The notes under the pieces are model-generated. The model was not told the DNA's origin, searched no databases, and worked only from the letters and a program-made list of their open reading frames with translations. Below are positions 19,275-27,151 of a stretch of DNA of 64,000 nt, one piece after another (the first letter of the stretch is position 1; every line of letters starts with the position of its first letter). The position numbers and the translations under genes were made by a program. Source of the DNA: Hyphomonadaceae bacterium (GTDB lineage Bacteria > Pseudomonadota > Alphaproteobacteria > Caulobacterales > Hyphomonadaceae); NCBI GenBank assembly GCA_044224605.1, contig JBGAKC010000026.1, forward strand, positions 3,973 to 67,972, given 5' to 3'.

Positions 19275-20657
19275 ATGGCCGATACAATAGCCGACGCTGG
19301 CGCCTTCATTCCCCAGACGGTGATCCCGCCGGAGAAGCCGTTGCCGCTGGTGCGTGGCCTTGTCCAGATGACGGTGAACCCGCTCTACGTCTGGCCGCGG
19401 GCGATGTACGAGAACCCGTATCACGGAGTGAAGTGGCTGGGCCGCACCTTCCACTACTTCCGCAAGCCAGAGCACATGAAGGCGGTTTTCCTCGACCACA
19501 CGGATGTGTTCCGGAAATCGCCCTTCCAGAAGAAGTTGGTCGGACCGGCGGTCGGCGACGGGATGCTGACAGCGGAAGGCGAGCACTGGAAATTTCAGCG
19601 TCGCGCCGCCTCGCCGGCCTTCCGCATCGATGCTTTGCGTGCGCTGGCGCCGGCCTTCGTTGCATCGGCCGACGCCACGGTCGAGCGCATGAAGTCTGTT
19701 CCGGCGGGCCAGACGGTCGACGTGATGGGCGAGATGCAGCACGCGACGCTCGACGTCATCGTCGAGACGATGCTCGGCGGCGCCGATCCCAGCTTCGGCT
19801 ATGACCGCATGGCGAAGACGGTCAGCGACTACATCGAGACCATGGGACAGCCCGACATGCTCGACCTATTCGGCGCGCCAGGCTGGATCTGGCGGCCCTG
19901 GGGCGCAAGGGGGAGACGCGCTGCGGTGGGGCTGAAAGCATCAGCCGTCAACGCTATCGAGCGCCGTCGTGCATCCGGAGAGGAACGCAAGGACCTGCTC
20001 GGCTTGCTGTTGGCGGCGCACGATCCGGAAACCTGCAGGGGGCTTTCCGACATCGAGCTGCGCGACAATGTCGTGACCTTCATCGGCGCGGGCCACGAGA
20101 CCACCGCGCTGGCGCTGACCTACGCGCTCTACCTTATCGCCAATGCGCCCGACGTGCAGGATCGGCTGCTGCGCGAAGTGCAGGAGGTTTGCGGCGACAG
20201 GCCGATCGACGCGGCCATGCTAGATGACCTGACCTTCCATGAGCAGGTGATCAAGGAAGCGATGCGACTCTATCCGCCTGTGTCGATCATTGATCGCATC
20301 GCATCGTCCGACATCGACCTTGGCGACGCCAAAGTGAAGAAGGGCGATCTGGCTTTTGCGCTCGTCTACATCATGCATCGCCACAAGCTGCTCTGGGACA
20401 ATCCCGAGCGCTTCGACCCGGATCGCTTTTCCGAGACACGCTCGGAAGGCCGGCACCGCTTCGCCTATATGCCGTTCGGTGCGGGACCTCGTATCTGCAT
20501 CGGAATGAAATTCGCCTACATGGAGGCCGTCGCGATCCTTGCGACACTGGTGCGCAGCTTGCGCTTCCACCCGAATGTTGCTCACAAGGTAGAACCGAAC
20601 ATCCGGATCACGCTTCGGCCCGAAGGAGGCATGCCGCTCTTCGTGGAGCCCCGGTAG
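19275..20657 (+). CDS. Cytochrome P450
   Basis: I-helix AGHETTA, EXXR (KEAMRLYPP) and heme-binding loop FGAGPRICIG. The start is 3 nt after the upstream stop. Confidence 0.92.
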   Translation: MADTIADAGAFIPQTVIPPEKPLPLVRGLVQMTVNPLYVWPRAMYENPYHGVKWLGRTFHYFRKPEHMKAVFLDHTDVFRKSPFQKKLVGPAVGDGMLTAEGEHWKFQRRAASPAFRIDALRALAPAFVASADATVERMKSVPAGQTVDVMGEMQHATLDVIVETMLGGADPSFGYDRMAKTVSDYIETMGQPDMLDLFGAPGWIWRPWGARGRRAAVGLKASAVNAIERRRASGEERKDLLGLLLAAHDPETCRGLSDIELRDNVVTFIGAGHETTALALTYALYLIANAPDVQDRLLREVQEVCGDRPIDAAMLDDLTFHEQVIKEAMRLYPPVSIIDRIASSDIDLGDAKVKKGDLAFALVYIMHRHKLLWDNPERFDPDRFSETRSEGRHRFAYMPFGAGPRICIGMKFAYMEAVAILATLVRSLRFHPNVAHKVEPNIRITLRPEGGMPLFVEPR

Positions 20658-20666
20658 GAGTGGTTC

Positions 20667-21230
20667 TTGAGTGCGCTTGCCCGAATTCCCGCCCCGAAGG
20701 ATCTCATGGGGTATGTGCAGGACCTGCTCTGGTCATCGGGAGAACTCGGCCGTTGTATATGTCGCCGCGGCTGGATGAAGCCGGAAGCGTGGGCGCTGGC
20801 TCCTGCTGACACGCCCGCAGCGCAGATCCTGTCCGACTCCGCGAACAAGGTCATGAAGACCGGCAACGCCAATGAATGGCTCGATGCCTGGATCATCGCA
20901 CAGGCCAAGGTTTCGCAGAACCTCTGCCTCGTTGCGCACGATCCGCTCGCCCCGCCCGTCGATGCACACGCCGACATCTTCGACTGTCCGGGCCGCTGGG
21001 ATACGCGGGGCGGGGAGAGCTATCTCGTCGTGCAGAAGGATGCGCTCGCGCCGGGCGTCGTGCAGGCAGTGAACCGGTTGATGATGGGAGACCAGTACGT
21101 GCTCTTCATCATCGAAGACAATTGGCCCTTCGGCGAAACGCGCACGCTGGACAGTCTCGCCTACGGCGTCCGGCACGTGATCGTGCCGATCGCCGAGGGC
21201 GAGAGCTATGGCGTCATCTCGGGCGACTAG
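20667..21230 (+). CDS. Hypothetical protein (187 aa from TTG, or 174 aa from ATG 20706)
   Basis: Strong third-position GC bias across the whole frame. GGAG lies 6 nt upstream of the TTG. It is 9 nt downstream of the P450 stop. I recognise no family. Confidence 0.6.
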   Translation: MSALARIPAPKDLMGYVQDLLWSSGELGRCICRRGWMKPEAWALAPADTPAAQILSDSANKVMKTGNANEWLDAWIIAQAKVSQNLCLVAHDPLAPPVDAHADIFDCPGRWDTRGGESYLVVQKDALAPGVVQAVNRLMMGDQYVLFIIEDNWPFGETRTLDSLAYGVRHVIVPIAEGESYGVISGD

Positions 21231-21667
21231 GCTTCGAGCTTCGCATCCAGCGTGATCTCGATCGCGCCGAGCGCGCGCGAGACGGGGCACCCGGTCTTGG
21301 CCTTGTTCGCCAGCTCGATGAACTGCGCCTCGCTCAGGCCGGGCACGTTTCCGCGCAGCGTCAGCGCGCTCTTCGAGATTGTGTTGCCTTTGCCCTCGAC
21401 CGGTCCGATCGTCACTTCGGCGTCGGTCGTCAGTTTCGCCGCCGGATGGCCGGCTTCGGCGAGGAAGTGCGACAGCTGCATGGTAAAGCAGCTTGCATGC
21501 GCTGCAGCTATCAGCTCTTCGGGGTTCGTCGCCGACGTGCCGCTCTCATCCTCGAAGCGCGCCTTGAACGTATAGGGCGAGTCCTTCAATGCCCCGCTCT
21601 GCGTCGAGATCGACCCCTTGCCGTCGCGAAGCGCGCCGGACCATTGGGCCTGTGCTGTGCGTTTCAT
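21227..21667 (-). CDS. osmC: OsmC family peroxiredoxin
   Basis: 146 aa with OsmC-type N-terminus MKRTAQAQWSGALRDGKGSIS and conserved Cys pair (HASCF ... KTGCPVS). Confidence 0.9.
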   Translation of the reverse strand: MKRTAQAQWSGALRDGKGSISTQSGALKDSPYTFKARFEDESGTSATNPEELIAAAHASCFTMQLSHFLAEAGHPAAKLTTDAEVTIGPVEGKGNTISKSALTLRGNVPGLSEAQFIELANKAKTGCPVSRALGAIEITLDAKLEA

Positions 21668-21751
21668 GGAAAGCCTCCGGTGTTGCTCAACGCAACATAG
21701 GTCCGAGGAAGATGGGCTGGGAGCGCTGCCTCGCGCGATGCCGGAAAATAA

Positions 21752-22077
21752 GTGGGGCGGCTTCTGTTGCCAGGCGCCGCCCCGTGCCCCGCCTTAGCTT
21801 GCTAGAGCTAAGGACTTAGGTTCGGATTAGATCCGCTGCTTACGCAGCAAGAGCTTGATCCTGAGCAAAGTTGTCGTTGGCAACTATTGCAATGGGCTTC
21901 TGTCGGGGCCCAGGCGGGCAAAGTCATCGCCTTTACACGTCCGTCGATCCTGTGTCGGCCCCAGACAGTCCGGGCAACGATCCCGGGGAGAAATCTGGTG
22001 GAGCCGCCGGGCACTGCCCCCGGGTCCGGTCCGCTTATTGCGCGAGGGTTTATCGCCATAGTTCCTTGCGGAACGGA
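21752..22077 (-). ncRNA. ssrA: Two-piece (circularly permuted) tmRNA, ssrA
   Basis: Acceptor piece ends ...CCGGG-GGCAGTG-CCCGG-CGGCTCC-A-CCA, with CCA at 21998-21996. The coding piece starts GGGGCCGACACAGGATCGACGG at 21961. The acceptor pairing includes a G3-U wobble. Tag frame 21881->21840 encodes ANDNFAQDQALAA then stop. A terminal GC hairpin (21754-21782) is followed by ACTTATTTT. Outer ends are approximate. Confidence 0.9.
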
Positions 22078-22117
22078 ATGAATATAGGGGTGAAAAGGTT
22101 AAGCGCCAACCATGCAC

Positions 22118-22237
22118 TCAGCGTCGGATAAGCCCTGTATCCACGCCAAACAGCGTCAGGATCAGAAGGCCCGCCAGTCCAAGCATCAGCACCGCGCCGA
22201 GAATGCGGATCGCATATAAGACCCTGTACATGCGCAT
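22118..22237 (-). CDS. Possible small hydrophobic protein (37-39 aa)
   Basis: M(RM)YRVLYAIRILGAVLMLGLAGLLILTLFGVDTGLIRR forms a single TM-like helix. GGAG lies 8 nt before the second ATG. It sits between the VOC gene and the tmRNA and is below the ORF-track size cut-off. Confidence 0.3.
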   Translation of the reverse strand: MRMYRVLYAIRILGAVLMLGLAGLLILTLFGVDTGLIRR

Positions 22238-22280
22238 GGCTCCGCCGCTTCACGCAGCCAATCCTGCCACATTCCGCGTA

Positions 22281-22697
22281 TCAGTGCGCGCCGATGCAGA
22301 ACGCGTTGAGACGGTTGCCGTCCGGATCACGGAAATAGGCCGCATAAAGCCCGCCGCGCTCGCACGGCGCGCCTTCACCGGCCCCGCCATGCTCCAGCGC
22401 GATTTCATAGAGCCTCTGCACTTGTTCGGGATCGTCCACCTGCAGCGGAACCATGCCGTGCACAGGCGTCGGAAAAGCGTCGGGCAGGGCGACGCCGAAA
22501 CCCGGCGCGCCGCCCGGCAGACCCCAGCCCACAAAGGCTTCGGACTCCACCGACCGGCCAACACCCATTTCACGGGCGATAAGTTCATAGAACCGCGATG
22601 CACGCGCGATGTCGCGCGTTTCCAGCGTCACATAACCCGTGGCGAGCGCCTTCGCCCGATACGTCTGACCACTCGCAAACCCGGCGTCATATGCCAT
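22281..22697 (-). CDS. VOC (glyoxalase/bleomycin-resistance/dioxygenase) family protein
   Basis: 138 aa with C-terminal YAAYFRDPDGNRLNAF motif. Confidence 0.84.
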   Translation of the reverse strand: MAYDAGFASGQTYRAKALATGYVTLETRDIARASRFYELIAREMGVGRSVESEAFVGWGLPGGAPGFGVALPDAFPTPVHGMVPLQVDDPEQVQRLYEIALEHGGAGEGAPCERGGLYAAYFRDPDGNRLNAFCIGAH

Positions 22698-22895
22698 GAT
22701 CTACTTCTCCAGACTCACCCGGAATCAATCGCAGGAACAAAAGTAGAACATCAGAGTCCCTTCGGCAAGGGATATCTGCATGAGGGCTATTCCTCGGGAT
22801 TAGAGGCCCGCCGGGAGAATCCTGATGGCGCGGCCGCCGGTTTTGCGTAGCATCACTGCGTTGTTTTCTGTCGAACATTCCTTGGGGAGGGACGG

Positions 22896-23639
22896 ATGCT
22901 GAAGAAGCTGCTCGCAGAATTTCTGGGTACCGCCACGCTCGTTCTGCTGGGGTGCGGCGCGGCTGTTCTCGCCGGTCCGCAGGTCGGACAGCTCGGGATC
23001 GCTTTCGCCTTTGGTCTCGCGATCGTGGCGATGGCCTATGGCATCGGCCCAATCTCCGGCTGCCATGTGAATCCGGCGGTGTCGTTCGGCGCCTATCTCG
23101 CCGGCCGCATGGGGATCAACGAGATGGTGCAATACTGGCTGGCGCAATTCCTCGGCGCGCTGCTCGGCGCCGCGATCCTTCTCGTGATCGCTTCTGGCCA
23201 GGCCGGTTTCCAGGTCGGCGCCTTCGGTCTCGGCTCGAACGGCTGGGGCGACACCTATCCGCTCGGCAAGTATTCGATGACCGCGGCGCTCACCTTCGAG
23301 ATCGTCGCCACCTTCCTGTTCGTCACCGTCATCCTCGGCTCGACGCAGTCCAAGGCGCCGTCCGCCTTCGCTGGCCTCGCGATCGGCCTCACGCTGACGC
23401 TGATCCACATCGTCGGCATCCAGGTGACAGGCGTGTCGGTGAACCCGGCCCGTTCGTTTGGCCCGGCGGTGATTGCGCAGGGCGAGGCGCTGAGCCAGCT
23501 CTGGCTCTTCATCATCGCCCCGCTGGTCGGTGCGGCCATTGCCGGCCTCCTGTTCCGTACGAAGATCCTCGAGGCCGACGGGGACGTTGCGGGGGCGGAT
23601 AAAGCGACCGAGCAGACCGCAAACCTGGCCAAGAAATAG
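22896..23639 (+). CDS. aqpZ: Aquaporin Z
   Basis: Two NPA boxes (HVNPAVS, SVNPARS) and six TM segments. N-terminus MLKKLLAEFLGT. Confidence 0.95.
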   Translation: MLKKLLAEFLGTATLVLLGCGAAVLAGPQVGQLGIAFAFGLAIVAMAYGIGPISGCHVNPAVSFGAYLAGRMGINEMVQYWLAQFLGALLGAAILLVIASGQAGFQVGAFGLGSNGWGDTYPLGKYSMTAALTFEIVATFLFVTVILGSTQSKAPSAFAGLAIGLTLTLIHIVGIQVTGVSVNPARSFGPAVIAQGEALSQLWLFIIAPLVGAAIAGLLFRTKILEADGDVAGADKATEQTANLAKK

Positions 23640-23677
23640 GATTTCGCCTGTTCGGACTTTCCAGGACGCGCACGGCT

Positions 23678-24181
23678 GTGCCGGGCGGCGGCTCTGTCGC
23701 CATTCCCGAGCCATACAACCGCAAGCCGAGCTATCCGACCTATGGCGAGCGGGCGGCGGACAAGGTGCTGTTCGCCTATCGCAACTGGCGTTCGACAATG
23801 TCGGGCCATCCCGAATGCGACGGTCTTGTTGCAGTCTCGCTCGCCGGCGCGTTCGGCGATCTTCGCGAGTTCAAGGCCAATTGCAGCATTGGCCTCTCGA
23901 TCCAGTGGGCGCATGCCGACACGATTCCGGGACAGGCGTGGACCGGCGATGAAAGGCGCTATCCGGTCGAGGAGCGCAGCGGTCCCGATGGTCCTGAGAT
24001 GGTGCAGCTGCTCTGCGTGCATCGTGTCGGATTGTTCGGCGTCTATGATGATCCTGCGGTGATGTATGTCGCCGGATTTCGCAATGGCGTGCATGCCAGC
24101 GTGTGGATCACGAACCGCGATGGCGGCATTCGCCGCGCCGTGCGACCCGTCGATCGCATCGCGGCTTCCTTCCGGCCCTGA
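23678..24181 (+). CDS. Hypothetical protein (167 aa, GTG start; start uncertain)
   Basis: Coding-like GC3 throughout. The competing antisense ORF 23255..24262 overlaps aqpZ. I recognise no family. Confidence 0.5.
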   Translation: MPGGGSVAIPEPYNRKPSYPTYGERAADKVLFAYRNWRSTMSGHPECDGLVAVSLAGAFGDLREFKANCSIGLSIQWAHADTIPGQAWTGDERRYPVEERSGPDGPEMVQLLCVHRVGLFGVYDDPAVMYVAGFRNGVHASVWITNRDGGIRRAVRPVDRIAASFRP

Positions 24182-24357
24182 GATCATCTGCGAAACAACG
24201 TGAGCAGATTTAATCTGCATGTCATTCCATCGCCCAATCCTCGCCCCATATGAGCGCTTCAAGGAGATGTGGGGCGGCGTATCCGGAGCCGGTGAAGTCG
24301 CGAAACGTTTCTCGCGGGTTCATCAGACAAACAAGTCGTCAGTGCAGGAGTTCGGCC

Positions 24358-24534
24358 ATGGTCGAGACACGCAACCTCGAGGATTCCCGGCGCGACGAGC
24401 GCCTGCTGGTGGATCGCCTTGTGAAGCGTCAGGGTCTCAGCCGTGATGAAGCCCTGCGAACCGTAGGCGACTATCGCGAAGGCAAGCGCGTGGAGATCGA
24501 CCCGATCCTGATGGAAGGTCTGGATTCGCTCTAG
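24358..24534 (+). CDS. Hypothetical small protein (58 aa)
   Basis: AGGAG lies 7 nt upstream of the ATG at 24358. Charged helical sequence MVETRNLEDSRRDERLLVDRLVKRQGLSRDEALRTV... Confidence 0.45.
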   Translation: MVETRNLEDSRRDERLLVDRLVKRQGLSRDEALRTVGDYREGKRVEIDPILMEGLDSL

Positions 24535-24743
24535 CGCTTCGCGAACGACAGCTTCTTCGCCTTCATCGCGGCCTTGATCGACGTCATGGCGTTCGGCCCC
24601 ATGCCGTGCAACGCGATGACATCGGCTTCGCGCGCCTTTGCAAGCTTTGCGAGGTTTGTGAGGCCGGCGCCGGCAAGCGCACGCATCGCCGGGGCTGCGA
24701 GTTTCGGAAGGTCAGATGGGGGTGAGGGCGGCTTGGCCATCAT
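24531..24743 (-). CDS. Small HhH-like (putative DNA-binding) protein, 70 aa
   Basis: MMAKPPSPPSDLPKLAAPAMRALAGAGLTNLAKLAKAREADVIALHGMGPNAMTSIKAAM has a helix-hairpin-helix-like GxG pattern. The start overlaps the upstream stop as ATGA. Confidence 0.5.
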   Translation of the reverse strand: MMAKPPSPPSDLPKLAAPAMRALAGAGLTNLAKLAKAREADVIALHGMGPNAMTSIKAAMKAKKLSFAKR

Positions 24744-25027
24744 GCCCTCGGCGTAGCGTCGTAGAGCGTGCGCTGCTCGCGCGGATAGTGGCCGCTGGCT
24801 TCGCGCCACTTCAGGAAATGCGCCGATGCCGCATGCGCCTTCAGCGCAGCGTCATCCCGATAGATTTCGAATACGCGGAGGACATCCGGTTCGAGCAGAT
24901 CGAAGCCGTAGCTATAGGCAAGGCACCCCGGTTCCTGGCGCGAGGCTGTCACAACGGCTTCCATGGCGGGACGCAGCGCGGCCTGTTCGGCGCGAGGCAC
25001 GCGCAGGTTCACGGTAAGAATGAGCAT
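24740..25027 (-). CDS. Antibiotic-biosynthesis-monooxygenase (ABM) / putative quinol monooxygenase domain protein
   Basis: 95 aa. EPGCLAYSYGFDLLEPDVLRVFEIYRDDAALKAHAASAHF is typical of the ABM ferredoxin-like fold. Confidence 0.82.
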   Translation of the reverse strand: MLILTVNLRVPRAEQAALRPAMEAVVTASRQEPGCLAYSYGFDLLEPDVLRVFEIYRDDAALKAHAASAHFLKWREASGHYPREQRTLYDATPRA

Positions 25028-25061
25028 GCTGTTTCTCGACCGAGGAGGTTGGCGGAACGAT

Positions 25062-25553
25062 CTATTTGAGCCAGTCCTTGTCGTCGAGCATCTCCCAGAT
25101 CTTGTCCGTCAGACGCGTATAGACTTCGAGATTGGCCTGCAGGTTGTCGTGCGATATGCCGCCGTCGAAGATGACGTAGCGGCTGACCTTCAGACGACCA
25201 TCATCGCCGCGATAGTCGGCCAGGGCGGCATAGTCGACCGCAGCAAGCGCATCGTCGATCAGGTTGTCGTCGGCCAGCGTGAAGGAGGCGACGAACTCCG
25301 CGCCCGTGCACCGCTGACTGGCCTCCGGCGTGTCGCACTGGAATCCGTAGACACCGTAGACGAGGCCGCTTTCCGCCTTCACGGCCAAGTAGCGAAGATC
25401 GCCTGATACGCCTTCGCTGGTGATGGCAAGCCCCGCGGTTGTAAGTTCCGAACGCATGTCGGCCCACGAGAAATCCTTCATCAGGCCTTGCCCGAAGGCC
25501 GGGGCGCCGACAGAACCAAGCGCCACGAGCGCAAGCGTCGCCAGAATCCGCAT
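25062..25553 (-). CDS. Secreted YbjN-like domain protein (call tentative)
   Basis: Signal peptide [23 protein letters not shown]-terminal segment [24 protein letters not shown] resembles the YbjN family. Start set at the Met at 25553. Confidence 0.55.
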   Translation of the reverse strand: MRILATLALVALGSVGAPAFGQGLMKDFSWADMRSELTTAGLAITSEGVSGDLRYLAVKAESGLVYGVYGFQCDTPEASQRCTGAEFVASFTLADDNLIDDALAAVDYAALADYRGDDGRLKVSRYVIFDGGISHDNLQANLEVYTRLTDKIWEMLDDKDWLK

Positions 25554-25711
25554 CAAAAAGCTCCCCTGTTTGCCACGGCCGCCCCTCGGCCAAGCCTCAC
25601 AGGAAGTTGCCATACCGGCCGGACCCGCGCCATGGCGGCCTTGCACACCGGCCAGGGCGGCGTCATGTCTGCGGTCAGCCCTTTTCCAGGCCGATTCCGG
25701 AAGAATCCCGC

Positions 25712-26506
25712 ATGCGCCAGTATCTCGATCTTCTTCGCGACATCATGGAGAACGGCGTCGACCGCGGCGATCGCACGGGAACCGGCACGCGCGGCGTGTT
25801 CGGCCGCCAGATGCGGTTCGACTTGGCCGACGGCTTCCCCATGCTCACCACCAAGAAACTCCACTTGAAGTCCATCATCGTCGAGCTGCTCTGGTTCCTG
25901 CGCGGCGAGACCAATGTGAAGTGGCTGCAGCAACGAGGGGTCAGCATCTGGGACGAATGGGCCGATGAGAACGGCGAACTCGGTCCCGTCTACGGCCGGC
26001 AATGGCGCAGCTGGGCTGCTCCCGATGGTCGAACGATCGACCAGATCGAATGGGTGAAGAACGAGATCATCCAGAATCCCAATTCCCGCCGCCTTGTCGT
26101 ATCGGCGTGGAACCCGGCCGATGTCGACCAGATGGCGCTACCGCCGTGCCACTGCCTGTTCCAGTTCTTTGTGGCGAACGGAAAGCTGTCCTGCCAACTC
26201 TACCAGCGGTCGGCCGATGTCTTTCTCGGCGTGCCTTTCAACATCGCGTCCTACGCACTGCTCACCATCCTGATGGCGAGGGCGACGAAGCTGGAGCCGG
26301 GTGAGTTCGTCCATTCATTCGGCGATGTTCATCTGTACGCGAATCATTTCGAGCAGGCGCGTCTCCAGATGCAGCGAACGCCCAAGCCGCTGCCCAAACT
26401 CCAGCTCAATCCCGCCAAAACCGACCTGTTTGGGTGGGATTACGAAGATTTCACATTGGTTGATTACTTAGCCGATGCGCACATCAAGGCGCCCGTCGCC
26501 GTCTGA
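25712..26506 (+). CDS. thyA: Thymidylate synthase ThyA
   Basis: [15 protein letters not shown]...DRTGTGT...[10 protein letters not shown]...[21 protein letters not shown], 264 aa. Confidence 0.96.
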   Translation: MRQYLDLLRDIMENGVDRGDRTGTGTRGVFGRQMRFDLADGFPMLTTKKLHLKSIIVELLWFLRGETNVKWLQQRGVSIWDEWADENGELGPVYGRQWRSWAAPDGRTIDQIEWVKNEIIQNPNSRRLVVSAWNPADVDQMALPPCHCLFQFFVANGKLSCQLYQRSADVFLGVPFNIASYALLTILMARATKLEPGEFVHSFGDVHLYANHFEQARLQMQRTPKPLPKLQLNPAKTDLFGWDYEDFTLVDYLADAHIKAPVAV

Positions 26507-26789
26507 GCGCTCACAGGCGATTATCGTGACTGCGGCAAGGTGTGTTCCCGACACACGAATGGATTCAAGGATATCGACGTCCACGAAACGACCGGCCCTT
26601 GCGAGAGGCTGCGCAAGGCGAGAACCTGCGCCTGATGCGAGGCTCCGCTCCGTTAAGCTTCACGAAATGAAGCTGTAGAAATCGCAATCATTCAACATCT
26701 TGTGCTTTTTCGCGCGCCAGATGATGAACGGGCGCCGCCCGGACTTTAATCTCCCGAGGCGGGTGTGATCCGTCGGAGGGATCTGTCCT

Positions 26790-27029
26790 ATGAAAATGAC
26801 CATTGCCGCGCTCGTCGCGGTCGCCTCGCTGGGCTTCGCGGCCTGCTCGGAATCGAAACCTGCTGAAACCGCCGCCCCGGCTCCGGAAGCTGCTGCTCCG
26901 GCTCCGGAAGCTGCCCCGGCTGCCGCTCCGGCTGCTGACCCGGCCGCTGCTGCTCCGGCCGCGACGGACCCGGCTGCTGCCCCGGCTGCTCCGGCTGCCG
27001 ACCCGGCTGCTCCGGCCGCTCCGCACTAA
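26790..27029 (+). CDS. Small lipoprotein with Ala/Pro-rich low-complexity body (79 aa)
   Basis: Signal plus lipobox MKMTIAALVAVASLGFAAC, then (A/P/E/D)-only sequence. Followed by a strong terminator at 27071-27103. Confidence 0.62.
   Translation: MKMTIAALVAVASLGFAACSESKPAETAAPAPEAAAPAPEAAPAAAPAADPAAAAPAATDPAAAPAAPAADPAAPAAPH
26866..27020 (+). repeat. Imperfect tandem GCT/CCG-rich coding repeat (encodes APAPEAA/AADPAAA units)
   Basis: Reiterated gctccggaagctgc / gctgc(t/c)ccggc units are visible in the sequence. Confidence 0.6.
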
Positions 27030-27070
27030 TAGGCGCGAGCTGACGTTCTTGAAGCTCGCAAGAGCTGCGG

Positions 27071-27103
27071 AAGGGCGGTCCTCCAGGACCGCCCTTTCTG
27101 TTT
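27071..27103 (+). terminator. Rho-independent terminator
   Basis: 11-bp perfect stem AAGGGCGGTCC / GGACCGCCCTT with loop TCCA, then TCTGTTT. Confidence 0.85.
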
Positions 27104-27151
27104 GAGCGCGCGGGGCTGTTTGTTTGTGAGGCTGTTCGCGCTGACGACAGA

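Noticed and set aside
20667-23640. Genomic island integrated at the tmRNA gene
   Set aside because: There is no integrase and no direct repeat of the ssrA 3' end. I see no compositional break. The flanking genes (osmC, VOC, aqpZ) look like ordinary chromosomal genes.
23255-24262. 335-aa ORF on the minus strand
   Set aside because: It overlaps the aqpZ 3' half in antisense and competes with a plus-strand frame that has better third-position bias.
26866-27020. CRISPR-like or satellite repeat
   Set aside because: The repeats are short, imperfect and contiguous without spacers. They lie in-frame in a lipoprotein ORF as a low-complexity Ala/Pro coding repeat.
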